Shown here: positions 29,954-40,031 of the stretch, piece after piece | How positions within the stretch are numbered: position 1 is the stretch's first letter | Layout: every line of letters starts with the position of its first letter | NCBI GenBank assembly: GCA_963748825.1 | Contig: CAVVKN010000013.1 | Span: 1-64,000, forward strand | Length of the DNA stretch: 64,000 nucleotides | DNA from: Methanotrichaceae archaeon | GTDB taxonomy: Archaea; Halobacteriota; Methanosarcinia; Methanotrichales; Methanotrichaceae | Direction of reading: 5' to 3' | Translations under genes and position numbers: made by a program | The notes under the pieces: generated by a model | Database searches by the model: none | Told to the model about the DNA's origin: nothing | The model's input: only the letters and a program-made list of their open reading frames with translations

Positions 29954-30958
29954 TTAATGATGGTCTTTCTCGATAGTGATACCACAGCGCCTGGCAATCT
30001 CCAGAGCAATCTGCTCGAAATTGTTTTCGGCCTCGAAGACTGCATTCTGATGCGATCCGATAGCCCCGTCGGCTGGCAAGAGATGAAATATGGGTTTATG
30101 CGCCTCCTGGGCCATGGGCATAAGGCTACGATAGTGCTTCATCAATCCTAGCTGGTTAGCATCTGTTTTTATATTCGAGTTGGTTTCTAGGTTTAGAACA
30201 TATTCTGCATAAACCATTGGTATCTTCTCTGCCCAACGTTCATAAGCCCTAACTGGACGGCCCAATCTCTCAGCATGCTGCATTATTATATAGCCCAATG
30301 GCTCCATTCGTCCTTCTGGTAGAGGGAGGTCTTTAGCAGGATTTCTGTCTCGTCGAACTCTCCATTCTTCCCGCAAATCTCGGATGAATGGACCTAGGTT
30401 CTTCAATCCCTGGAGGGAGAAGAGATCCGGTATCAGGGGAATGACCAAATAATCAGCCGCCACGAGTATGGCGCGGTTGATCGCACCCAAATTAGGTCCT
30501 AGATCGATAAGCACGATATCAATATTTTTCTGCTCGACAATTCGCATAATAACGCGCCAGAAGGCGGACATGACCCGAAAGGCTCTTTCTTTTTTGTCGA
30601 GGCATAAAGGCCACTGCTGGGACAACTCATCCTCAAAGCGAGACAATGCGAGATCTCCGACAAGCAAATGAATTCTCTCATCAATCTCCTCAGCATGAGG
30701 TCTCTCCAAGATATCTCCTACACCTCGTAGGAGAGGCTCTATGCTACCATAAACTGTCTTGTCGTGCTCACCATCCGGCCAGAATTCTTCGAGCCGCTCC
30801 TCTTCCAGAAATGCTGCCGTTAGATTGGCCTGAGGATCAAGATCTGCAGCCAATACCTTCAACCCCATGTCAGCATACATCCAGGAGAGGTGATAGACAA
30901 GAGATGTTTTTCCAACACCACCTTTATTGTTAAAAAATGCAATGATCGGAGCGCTCAC
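29954..30958 (-). CDS. ParA/MinD-family ATPase (orphan type)
   Basis: FNNKGGVGKT, DLDPQANLT, DLGPNLGAINR, PDLFS; no parB nearby. Confidence 0.9.
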   Translation of the reverse strand: MSAPIIAFFNNKGGVGKTSLVYHLSWMYADMGLKVLAADLDPQANLTAAFLEEERLEEFWPDGEHDKTVYGSIEPLLRGVGDILERPHAEEIDERIHLLVGDLALSRFEDELSQQWPLCLDKKERAFRVMSAFWRVIMRIVEQKNIDIVLIDLGPNLGAINRAILVAADYLVIPLIPDLFSLQGLKNLGPFIRDLREEWRVRRDRNPAKDLPLPEGRMEPLGYIIMQHAERLGRPVRAYERWAEKIPMVYAEYVLNLETNSNIKTDANQLGLMKHYRSLMPMAQEAHKPIFHLLPADGAIGSHQNAVFEAENNFEQIALEIARRCGITIEKDHH

Positions 30959-30960
30959 TG

Positions 30961-32142
30961 CTACCTCCTGATCGTTGCAAGAATATGGTTTTGCTCTACA
31001 ATGAAAACAGGCGGCGGATTTCCGTTTGCGGCAAGCTGTTGCCTGGCTATTTGAATGCCAAGACCAAAACGCTGAACATATCCCAGGACTCGCATGGCCT
31101 CAGCAAGATGAGGATTTCGATAGTCGGTTACGCCGGGCTGCCCGAAGTTCTCACGAGTGACCTGACCGAAAGGCCCACCAGGGCTATGGATCTCGATACG
31201 ATCCGAGAACCAATAGATGCGCACGGGAGAATAGGTTCCTTCGTAGGTTCTATGGAGAACAGCGTTCCTCACCAATTGCTGAAGAGCAGAAAGAGGGTAT
31301 TCCGGTCGTTTGATCTCCAGGGGCTCTGATATCAACGAGGTGGACACGGAGTTGTTAGCTTCTAAAACCTCGTCAATCCTTCTTAGAAGTTGCTGCAGAG
31401 GTCCGTCGATCATCTTTTGATCACGGATGGGATCGGTCAGCTCTTTTCCTTCTAATCTCAGGAATTGCACGTAGGCTCCGGGAATAAAGTGCAAGGTTTC
31501 CGTGCCAAGAACCAGCATCCCTAACACGGTCGGCTCTCCATCAGGAGCTAAAAAGCGCAATGCTTTCAGCTTGTCCTCCATAGAGCGCGTGTTTTGCGCA
31601 AGGACTTCCGGGGCAATTGCCAGGCGAAGATACTCTCGCTCAAATAAATCAAGATCAAGATCTTTGATCGTGGCGGAGGGAACGGGATGAAGATCAAATG
31701 GCAGATCTCTGGAACGCCGCCGCTCGGCAAGGATTTTTTCTTCTTCGGGTGTAGCAATGGCTCGGCGAGGGCCGACTCTTATCCACGTAACGCCGCTCAA
31801 GCGTATGGGCGGGGCAAGGGACGGCTTTGCTATTAAGACAGCCATCTCGCATCCTTCGATCATTATTTTTTCCACAGTTATTGATGGGATGGGCTGAATC
31901 TTCCCATCGTCCCGCATTTGAGACAATTTGAGCAAAAGATCATCGGTGACGTGAAGCCCAGCGCAAGAGCCATCATCATTAGCACCAATGAATATTATGC
32001 CTGGCCTTCGATGATCGGGAAGATCGTTGGCAAAGGCGCAGATGGCTTGCCTTATGCGATCCGGATCAGATAGGGATGCTTTCCTCTCAATCAAGTCCGA
32101 TTCCAGATCCTTGAGCATAAGCCGAAGCTCTTGCGGTTCCAT
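30961..32142 (-). CDS. Schlafen/AlbA_2 + HATPase_c_4 protein (no C-terminal HTH)
   Basis: LESDLIERK, ICAFAND, IGANDDG, RNAVLHRTY, DRIEIHSPGG, VQRFGLG; start 32142 after GGAGG. Confidence 0.88.
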   Translation of the reverse strand: MEPQELRLMLKDLESDLIERKASLSDPDRIRQAICAFANDLPDHRRPGIIFIGANDDGSCAGLHVTDDLLLKLSQMRDDGKIQPIPSITVEKIMIEGCEMAVLIAKPSLAPPIRLSGVTWIRVGPRRAIATPEEEKILAERRRSRDLPFDLHPVPSATIKDLDLDLFEREYLRLAIAPEVLAQNTRSMEDKLKALRFLAPDGEPTVLGMLVLGTETLHFIPGAYVQFLRLEGKELTDPIRDQKMIDGPLQQLLRRIDEVLEANNSVSTSLISEPLEIKRPEYPLSALQQLVRNAVLHRTYEGTYSPVRIYWFSDRIEIHSPGGPFGQVTRENFGQPGVTDYRNPHLAEAMRVLGYVQRFGLGIQIARQQLAANGNPPPVFIVEQNHILATIRR

Positions 32143-32252
32143 TAAACCTCCTGTTGATCTGATAATATTATTCTTAGCATTTAGGTCTTTCCTTATCAGA
32201 TCTTCCAAGATTATAGCGGAAAATTTTTTAAAGCCCCAGGCTAAAGGACCTT

Positions 32253-33122
32253 TTGGATTCCATGCCGAAGATGATTACACAGCGGATAATAAAAGCCTGC
32301 TCACCACGATTCGTTCTCCTGGCCCTCCCGGCGGTTCTGCTCTTAATAGCTATGCTCGTTGCAGCGCAGGGCAGCTCTCATTTCGTCGAGGCTGGTGCTA
32401 TCCCTGTCCTTGGCTACCAAATCGTCAATGTCTATCCTCACAGCAGCCTCGCATTCACTCAAGGTTTGGTATATGATGAAGGAGTGCTCTACGAGGGAAC
32501 GGGGCTGTACGGGCGATCATCGCTGCGCCGCGTCGACCTGGAAACGGGCCGCGTTCTGCAACAGACGAACCTTGATAGAACTTTATTCGGGGAGGGCGTA
32601 GCCCTCTGGAAAGACCGGATCATTCAGCTCACCTGGCAATCGGGCCTGGGCCTGGTCTATGGCAAGGAGAATCTGACGGGGATTTGCAACTTCAGCTACC
32701 AGACGGAGGGCTGGGGCATAACTACCGACAACAAGAGCCTGATCATGAGCGATGGCACAGACATTCTGCATATTCTTGATCCTGAGAGCTTTGCGGAAAA
32801 GGGGCGGATATTGGTCAAAGCCAACGGCACGCCACTTAAGGGCCTAAATGAGCTGGAGTATATCAAAGGACAGATCTATGCCAATGTCTGGCCCACAAAC
32901 TGGATAGTGATAATATCTCCTGAAAGCGGTGAGGTTAAAGGCAAAATAAATTTGCAGGGGATCCTGCAGAAAAACGATATTCAAGGCAGTAAAGTGGATG
33001 TTCTGAACGGCATTGCTTACGATGCGAGGGAAGATAGGCTATTTGTGACGGGAAAGCTGTGGCCTAAGCTCTTCGAGATCAAGCTGGTGCCGGAAGGAAG
33101 CAGAGATGAAGACCGAGATTAG
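32253..33122 (+). CDS. Glutaminyl-peptide cyclotransferase (bacterial/plant beta-propeller type), secreted
   Basis: FTQGL, FGEG, QLTW, EGWG, LNELE, ANVW, VLNGIA, TGKLWP; N-terminal signal; start may be 32262 or 32271. Confidence 0.92.
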   Translation: MDSMPKMITQRIIKACSPRFVLLALPAVLLLIAMLVAAQGSSHFVEAGAIPVLGYQIVNVYPHSSLAFTQGLVYDEGVLYEGTGLYGRSSLRRVDLETGRVLQQTNLDRTLFGEGVALWKDRIIQLTWQSGLGLVYGKENLTGICNFSYQTEGWGITTDNKSLIMSDGTDILHILDPESFAEKGRILVKANGTPLKGLNELEYIKGQIYANVWPTNWIVIISPESGEVKGKINLQGILQKNDIQGSKVDVLNGIAYDAREDRLFVTGKLWPKLFEIKLVPEGSRDEDRD

Positions 33123-33149
33123 ATTAGAAAAATAGATGTTGGGCGGGAT

Positions 33150-33368
33150 CTAATCGTCTCCCTCGTACTTGAAGGAGAGCCTTACCTTGGCCCTGTACTC
33201 TGCGATCTTTCCATTCTCCAGCCGGACATCCAGCTCCTTGACCTCAGCAATGCGAAGATCTCTCAGGCTTTTGGTGGCCCTGTCAACAACTGTCTTAACT
33301 GCTTCTTCCCAGCTCGTGGTGGAAGTTCCGACCAGTTCTATTATTTTGTATACATCTCCGTCTGCCAT
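33150..33368 (-). CDS. Dodecin (flavin-binding) family protein
   Basis: VYKIIELVGTS..SWEEA...A...LR.L...EV...YR.KV.LSF. Confidence 0.92.
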   Translation of the reverse strand: MADGDVYKIIELVGTSTTSWEEAVKTVVDRATKSLRDLRIAEVKELDVRLENGKIAEYRAKVRLSFKYEGDD

Positions 33369-33487
33369 ATATCTGTCACTCCTAAAATTCTAGATCATAG
33401 TAGGCGTTTCTCATTGATATATTTTCCTAAGAAGGACAGCAAAAACCTGAAATAATATCCAGCCACGCATGAGCCAGCAGCAAGGAG

Positions 33488-34870
33488 ATGCCGATTTTGA
33501 CCAGGAGTATTAAAGATATGCCTGCGGGCCTAGCACAGGTTGTGGGAATCGATGATCTATCCGTTTATGTGCCCCGGCTCTTTCTTCCCCTGGCGGGAGA
33601 GTTCTCCCTGGATCGAGGCATTGATCCTGGCAAGTTGATTAAGGGAATCGGCATCGAACGCATGGCAGTTCCCGATGCTCATGAGGATGCGGCCACCATG
33701 GCGGCCATGTCTCTTCTGGATCTGATGCGGCGAACTCGCCTTCGTCCGGAAGAGATCGGCAAAATCTATGTGGGAACGGAGTCGGCCCTGGACGAGGCCA
33801 AGGCCATGGGAACCTACGTCATCGGCATGCTGGAGAAGATCTACGGAAAGGGCTCTTTTCAAGAATGCAGTACCGTTGAGTTTAAGGCAGCCTGCATCGG
33901 CACAACCTTCGCCCTGGAGAGCCTCAGCTACTGGGCTGCTCAAGAAGAAGAAGGCAAAGTGGGCATTGTCATCGCCTCGGATGTAGCCAAGTACCCGCTT
34001 CGCTCATCCGGAGAGTACACGCAGGGTGCAGGCAGCGTGGCCCTGCTGGTAAAAAAGAATCCACGGTTGCTGGCCTTAGAGCAGATCTACGGCTCCTTCA
34101 CCAGGGACGAGAACGACTTCTTCCGGCCCATGGGCTGCACAACTGCAGTTGTAAACGGGAAGCACAGCAATCAATGCTATCTGGATGCCATGCGAGGAGC
34201 CTTTGATTCATTTGCCGCCCACGCCTTGCGAAAGGGGGCAATAGCGCCTGGCGAAGGCGAGTGCATCACCGATTACATAGATCATCTTCTCTTTCATATT
34301 CCCTATCCCAGAATGGTCGAATACGCTTCGGCTGCAATCTTCAGGCATGACTGGAGACAAAGCCGCAGATACAGCGAGATCGAGCAAGAGTTGGGAAGAG
34401 AGCCAGAGGCCCAGGAGTATGATGATATCGAGAAATATCAGGCTGCAGAGGCGGACTATGCCCGGCGCTTCGCAAAGTCAACGCAATTCTTGCAGGCATT
34501 TCAGGCCAAAGTCAGGGATACGGCCACGCTCTCCCGCCAGGTGGGAAACATCTATACCGGATCGATCTACCTGGGCCTGGCAAGCCTCTTGGAAATGCAG
34601 AAGATACATGCTGGAGAAAGACTATGCTTCGGAGCCTACGGCAGCGGATGCTCGGCCCTCTTCTTCTCGGCAATCGTGCAGCAGCAGGCCGGATCTGTGC
34701 CCTTGAGGGGTCTGGTGCAGGGGCTGCAAGAGAGAAGGCAGATATCTTTGCTGGATTATGAGTCGCTTCACGAAGGGAAGAAGGAAGAGAGCATTGTCAT
34801 GCCTTGCAAAGAGTTTGCCCTGGCCAAGATAGATCACCAAGGATACAGGCATTATGAATATGTCGAATAG
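33488..34870 (+). CDS. Hydroxymethylglutaryl-CoA synthase
   Basis: EDAATMA, GTES, KAAC (catalytic Cys), GEYTQGAG, DFFRP, HIPY, GNIYTGS, YGSG. Confidence 0.92.
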   Translation: MPILTRSIKDMPAGLAQVVGIDDLSVYVPRLFLPLAGEFSLDRGIDPGKLIKGIGIERMAVPDAHEDAATMAAMSLLDLMRRTRLRPEEIGKIYVGTESALDEAKAMGTYVIGMLEKIYGKGSFQECSTVEFKAACIGTTFALESLSYWAAQEEEGKVGIVIASDVAKYPLRSSGEYTQGAGSVALLVKKNPRLLALEQIYGSFTRDENDFFRPMGCTTAVVNGKHSNQCYLDAMRGAFDSFAAHALRKGAIAPGEGECITDYIDHLLFHIPYPRMVEYASAAIFRHDWRQSRRYSEIEQELGREPEAQEYDDIEKYQAAEADYARRFAKSTQFLQAFQAKVRDTATLSRQVGNIYTGSIYLGLASLLEMQKIHAGERLCFGAYGSGCSALFFSAIVQQQAGSVPLRGLVQGLQERRQISLLDYESLHEGKKEESIVMPCKEFALAKIDHQGYRHYEYVE

Positions 34871-35163
34871 TATTATCAACAACATATCCAAAAAAATTTT
34901 TAATTCCATGTGATTTTCTTTTATATATCATTGAAATATAACGATATCAGGACTGTCGATCCTCATGTCCATATATTTTGAGTTTAGCCTGCCAGTCTTA
35001 TACCGCAAAGTATATAATCATTATAGTTTATGTCGTCATCTGCCGTAGAGTGGGCGGCGTTCAGTGTCTTGGAAGAGAGCTGCATGTATGATTGAGCCTT
35101 GGTTATCTTTCCAAGAATGAAGTATGAAGAATGAATGGAAAATGCACATCCAGGAGAGGTTAT

Positions 35164-35548
35164 ATGAAGTATTTGAGAGCAAATTTTAAATGTAGCAATT
35201 GCAGCCATTTTGATTGCCTTGATAGCACCTGTTCTTGCAGAATCACCGTCGGACGCAGTAAGCTCTAATCGAGAGATAGTCAATGAATCGGTCAACAGGA
35301 CCATAATAAATCCAATGGACCCGGGATATGTTTGGGGCAACCCGCTTGCCATCGATCTAACCAGCTTGAATCCAGGAATTTTTGAGAGCCCCGCATTCAA
35401 AATGACACCAGGTGGCTTGATGTCTGACATGTTCACTACGAGCATCAATGACTTCAGGAACGCTGACCCGAAAGCAGGTGCCAGCAATGCCACCAGGAAA
35501 GCGGCAAAGGTGGGACTGGTTCATAGGCTCAGTAATAGTAGCCCGTAG
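35164..35548 (+). CDS. Small secreted hypothetical protein, possible frameshift in the signal peptide
   Basis: SD-preceded ATG at 35164 is out of frame with the hydrophobic segment QILNVAIAAILIALIAPVLA; ORF track starts at 35210. Confidence 0.5.
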
Positions 35549-35796
35549 GCCTATGCAGCTTTCATGATAAGGAATGAGAGCTTTCCGCTGTTTCGGCTTG
35601 CTCTCGACCGGGCTGTTGAAGCCTGCATTGATGAAATCGAAGCATGCCGGAATACCTTGACGGACGGAGCCTGTGTAATAGATTTTCGATTTTCGAAAAG
35701 GGGCCGAATGGTGCAATGACGTGATGGTCAAGCCCCGATGCTTCCCTTTACTCTTAATTCAAACCAACGAGAATCCTTTTTAGCTTTACCCGGTAT

Positions 35797-36630
35797 TTGC
35801 AGGTCCCTGTGATAAATCCAAGAATATATGGCAGCTCCCCCTTTTCCGTGGCCGTCATCCACGGAGGCCCGGGGGCCGGAGGCGAGATGGCCGAAGTGGC
35901 GCGGGAGCTATGCGCCGGCCGGGGTGTCTTGGAGCCGCTGCAGAGGGCTCATTCCCTGCCGGGCCAGGTCGAGGAGCTGAGAGGGCTCTTGGAGGAGAGC
36001 GCACAGCTTCCCGCCACATTGATCGGCTTTTCCTGGGGTGCCTGGCTTAGTTTTATCCTGGCGGCCCGCTATCCGGCTATGGTCAAGAGGCTGGTGATGA
36101 TTGGAAGCGGCCCATTCCAGGAGAAATACGCCCAGAGAATTATGCAGACGAGGCTCTCGCGCCTGAGCGAAGAGGAAGGACGCCAGGTGAGAAGCATCCT
36201 TGTCATCCTGAATGGCCAAAATAATGGCGACTGTGAGAAGAACAGGCTACTTGCCCGCATGGGCGAGCTCTTCTTAAGAGCTGATTCCTTTGATCCTATC
36301 GATGATATAAAGCCCAATGAATGCAAATCGATGGAATCGGATTATTCAATTATACCGTGCCATGCGGACATCTATCAATCTGTCTGGAAGGAGGCATCGC
36401 ATTTGAGGCAGACAGGAGAGCTGCTTCAGCTCGGAGAAAAAATCCTCTGCCCGGTCGTTGCCATCCACGGGGATTGGGACCCGCATCCTGCGAAAGGCGT
36501 CAGCGAGCCTCTGCAGGCCACTCTGAAGCGCTTTCAGTTCATTCTGCTGGAGAATTGTGGGCACAAGCCCTGGATAGAGAGAAGGGCAAAGGACAAATTT
36601 TATTCCATTTTAAAAGAGCTGCTCGATTGA
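35797..36630 (+). CDS. Alpha/beta-fold hydrolase
   Basis: HGGPG, GFSWG, HGDWDPHP, CGHKPW. Confidence 0.88.
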   Translation: MQVPVINPRIYGSSPFSVAVIHGGPGAGGEMAEVARELCAGRGVLEPLQRAHSLPGQVEELRGLLEESAQLPATLIGFSWGAWLSFILAARYPAMVKRLVMIGSGPFQEKYAQRIMQTRLSRLSEEEGRQVRSILVILNGQNNGDCEKNRLLARMGELFLRADSFDPIDDIKPNECKSMESDYSIIPCHADIYQSVWKEASHLRQTGELLQLGEKILCPVVAIHGDWDPHPAKGVSEPLQATLKRFQFILLENCGHKPWIERRAKDKFYSILKELLD

Positions 36631-36693
36631 TGGACTGCTCGCCCCTGGCAGCCGGGCCTTCCTCTCCGGTGGCCCAGCTCATATCATCCCATA

Positions 36694-37707
36694 TCATTCC
36701 ATGTCAAGACCTTCCCTCGTGCAGATTTCAAGCAGATAATCCTGCAGCGATCTCTTGTAACCCCTCCGGGCGGCCAGCCTCTGTATCTCCTTCATGACAC
36801 CGCTGCCGTATTGCATGGCCTTCTTTTCATATTGGGCAATTGCTGGCGGCATATGCCTTTCGGCAACAGCTCGCAGCGGTCTCTTGCGTACCCCACCCTG
36901 TACCAGCATTTCCGGCGGAATAGCCCTGGCAGCTACTACTACCCGCAAGTCCATGTAGGGCAAGGAGAAGTATGCGCCATGCAGCCCGGCTACGGCCTGA
37001 TCTCTGGCCAGCTGCTGGGGAAGTCCCAGGAAATCCTTCTCCAGATCCTCGGCTAAGGTCTCTGTATGCAAATAGCGAGAGTAGCCCCCAAAGAGCTCAT
37101 CTGCCCCCTGTCCGGCCAGGATGCGCGCCTCGCCGTGCTGCCCTGCCCACTGGGAGACAAAATACAGTGTTGTGGCAATGGATGCATTTACCGGATCTTT
37201 CTTGGGAATGACAGCCAGAACCTGGGCCAGGGCTTCCTCGATTGATGCCGGATCTATTATGACCTGGTGAAGTGTCAAGCCAAACTCCTCTGCTACCTGC
37301 TTTGCATGCATGAGGTCATGTGAGCCGGCAATTCCCACCACAACGCACTCCCTGCCGGCCAGCCGGGCGACCAGTGCCGAGTCTACGCCTCCCGAGAGGG
37401 CTACAACGCCTTCATCGCTGCGAAGCTGCACCGCGATCCTTATGGCCTCATCCAGATCGATGAGCGGATAATTGGGGTCCACTCTTCCCAGCTCTTTGCC
37501 GCTGCAGACCACAGCCCCTGGTGGGCAGTCTCCAGGCATGATCCCGAAATGATCGCGCGCCTTGCAGCCATTCCATTCTAAAAAGAACTCGCCGCCAAAT
37601 TTGGAGATCGCTGCCGGATTTTGCACGAGAATTGTCCTGGCATCACTCTCAGAAAGCCGCCTTCCCTCAAGCTCCATCCAGCCTTTTGCCTTTAGGGATA
37701 AATCCAT
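36694..37707 (-). CDS. Asparagine synthase-related protein (synthetase domain, reduced N-terminus)
   Basis: ARDHFGI.P, LSGGVDS, GQGADELFGGY, KKAMQYGSG. Confidence 0.88.
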   Translation of the reverse strand: MDLSLKAKGWMELEGRRLSESDARTILVQNPAAISKFGGEFFLEWNGCKARDHFGIMPGDCPPGAVVCSGKELGRVDPNYPLIDLDEAIRIAVQLRSDEGVVALSGGVDSALVARLAGRECVVVGIAGSHDLMHAKQVAEEFGLTLHQVIIDPASIEEALAQVLAVIPKKDPVNASIATTLYFVSQWAGQHGEARILAGQGADELFGGYSRYLHTETLAEDLEKDFLGLPQQLARDQAVAGLHGAYFSLPYMDLRVVVAARAIPPEMLVQGGVRKRPLRAVAERHMPPAIAQYEKKAMQYGSGVMKEIQRLAARRGYKRSLQDYLLEICTREGLDME

Positions 37708-38183
37708 AGATCTTGACACCTCGAATCCAACTGTGTTCAAGTTTTCCAATGAAACAATCAAGGTATGTTCGTCCGGCCAGCCTTGAGCAGCCTCTCGCCA
37801 AGCGATCCCAGGAACGCATCGCAGCCAAACACTGAGCGAGCCCCCGCTCGCATGGGTGCGGCCGCTCGCGCAAGCAGTTCAAGAGGCTGGCCATGGGCAA
37901 AAACCTTCGGACTGCAAGATACTTACCTGAAGGCTTGGGGCCGCTCAGAGTTCGACAACTTCCAGATTCGCTCGCTCATGCGCGCGTGCGCTCGCGCTCA
38001 AGGCGCGGGTGAGCTGTGAGCCCAAGGTTAGCTTTGGCCTGCATGCGAACAGAAAACGTTTTAACGTGTTGAATTAAAGGCTTCCCTTCAGAGAAGGCTG
38101 CCCGAGCTAAGTGAAAATACAATGAAGCTCTGCAAATTTCGCCATCATATGTCTAATATTCGAATGAGAATTGGAGGCTGTCC

Positions 38184-38978
38184 GTGAAAAGCATTGCATC
38201 AGATTGCCTGGAAAGAATGAGAAAAGAAAAGCCGCTCATACACCACCTGACAAATTGGGTGACTATTTACGACTGTGCCAATATCGTAAAGGTATTTGGA
38301 GCCTCTCCGGTCATGGCTCATGCTAGAGAAGAGGTTGCTGAGATGGCAGGCATAGCTTCTGCCCTGGTTTTAAATATCGGAACGCTGACATCTGATTTTG
38401 TCGATGCAATGATACTTGCCGGAAAAAGTGCCAACCAAAAGGGAATACCTGTCGTGCTTGATGTCTGCGGGGCTGGCGCCACAAAATTTCGCGATGATAA
38501 ATGCTTTGAGATCCTGGATAAGATAAGGGTGAGCATCATAAAAGGCAATTCTTCCGAGATCGCTCGCATAGCCGGAGAGAGCGTCCAGACCAGGGGCGTC
38601 GATGCCTCGACTGTTGAGAAGAACCTGCAGGATATAGCGCGAGGACTGGCCAAAGAAAGGAATTGCACAGTCGTTATCACCGGCAAAGAGGACATCGTGG
38701 CCGACGAGAAAAGAGTGGTATTGGTGAAGAACGGCCACCCCATGATGGCAAATATTGTAGGCACGGGATGCATGGCCACCTCGGTAATAGGCACCTTTGC
38801 CGCCGTGGAAAAGGACTGCGTTTTAGCTGCAGTTGCCGGTCTTGTCTGCTACGAGGTCGCTGCCGAGATAGCGGCCGCAAAGGCACAGGGGCCGGGCAGC
38901 TTCAAAGAAAGGTTTTTTGATGCCGCGTACAATCTTGATGCCGAAACGGTAGAACGGATGCAGAGGATCGAAGAGTGA
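38184..38978 (+). CDS. thiM: Hydroxyethylthiazole kinase
   Basis: PLIHHLTN.V, GASPVM, NIGTL, KGNSSEI, GTGC. Confidence 0.95.
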   Translation: MKSIASDCLERMRKEKPLIHHLTNWVTIYDCANIVKVFGASPVMAHAREEVAEMAGIASALVLNIGTLTSDFVDAMILAGKSANQKGIPVVLDVCGAGATKFRDDKCFEILDKIRVSIIKGNSSEIARIAGESVQTRGVDASTVEKNLQDIARGLAKERNCTVVITGKEDIVADEKRVVLVKNGHPMMANIVGTGCMATSVIGTFAAVEKDCVLAAVAGLVCYEVAAEIAAAKAQGPGSFKERFFDAAYNLDAETVERMQRIEE

Positions 38979-39601
38979 AAGGATATTATTTCATAACAGA
39001 CAGCAAATTGAGCCGCGCCGGGAATGAGCGGGATGTGCTACAGGCTGTTTCATGTGGCGTGGAAGTTGTCCAGTACAGAAACAAGAATGCAGAAACCCGG
39101 CAGATGTATGAGGAAGCTGTACGACTCAGGGAAATATGCCGGGACTCTGACTCTATTTTTCTCATCAACGATCGGGTAGACATTGCACTTGCAGCAGAGG
39201 CTGATGGCGTCCATCTGGGCCAATCCGATATGCCATGTCTTGCAGCCCGCACACTGCTCGGTCCCAAAAAGATAATCGGCGTCACTGTCCACAATCTTGC
39301 CGAAGCCCTGCAGGCAGAAAGTATTGGGGCCAACTATCTGGGTGTCTCGCCCATCTTCCAGACGGCGACAAAACCTGATGCCGGAAAGCCAGCAGGCATT
39401 AGACTGATCGAAGAGATTCGAGCCCAGGTAGATCTTCCCCTTATAGCAATTGGCGGTATCAATCATTCCAATGCAGGCGAGGTCGTCAGAGCAGGAGCAG
39501 ACGGCCTGTGCGCCATATCCTGCGTTGTTGCAAAAGAGAATGTAAGGGATGAGATCATAAAGTTTCAGGAAATATTTTCGGCACTGCGACGAGAGATCTA
39601 A
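38975..39601 (+). CDS. thiE: Thiamine-phosphate synthase
   Basis: QYRNK, INDRVDIA, GVHLGQSD, TATK, AIGGI; GTGA overlap with thiM. Confidence 0.95.
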   Translation: MKGYYFITDSKLSRAGNERDVLQAVSCGVEVVQYRNKNAETRQMYEEAVRLREICRDSDSIFLINDRVDIALAAEADGVHLGQSDMPCLAARTLLGPKKIIGVTVHNLAEALQAESIGANYLGVSPIFQTATKPDAGKPAGIRLIEEIRAQVDLPLIAIGGINHSNAGEVVRAGADGLCAISCVVAKENVRDEIIKFQEIFSALRREI

Positions 39602-40031
39602 AGGACACTTATCGCTATTTATTCATGCCGTGGTCAGTTCCTTTTCATTTCAATCTCGCTTCACATTCTCTCGTTGATAATTGCGAGAATCGAAATAATC
39701 TTCATCGTATATGAATTATATATTATTAAATATGTTAAAGATCGGCTTAGAGAAAATTCACTATCTCTCGCAGGGAAAAATATATATTATAACTCCTTTA
39801 CACCAATTCACTGCGAGTTTAAAATATAAAATGGTGATAACAAGGGCAGAGTTGAGTGGAGACACATAGTGGCCCATTGGGGATAATTTGGTTCTGGGTT
39901 CGGCCAAGATAAAGGAATTTAAGATTGCTTTGTTTAGTGTCCTGCAAAATCGAGGAACTGCGGATCGGGATATATTAAATATAATATGTTGATAGATAAA
40001 TCCACATAATCGGCGTGGTAGCCTCAAATTT

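Noticed and set aside
38040-38183. TPP riboswitch upstream of thiM
   Set aside because: No CTGAGA...ACCTGA...GGGA consensus found.
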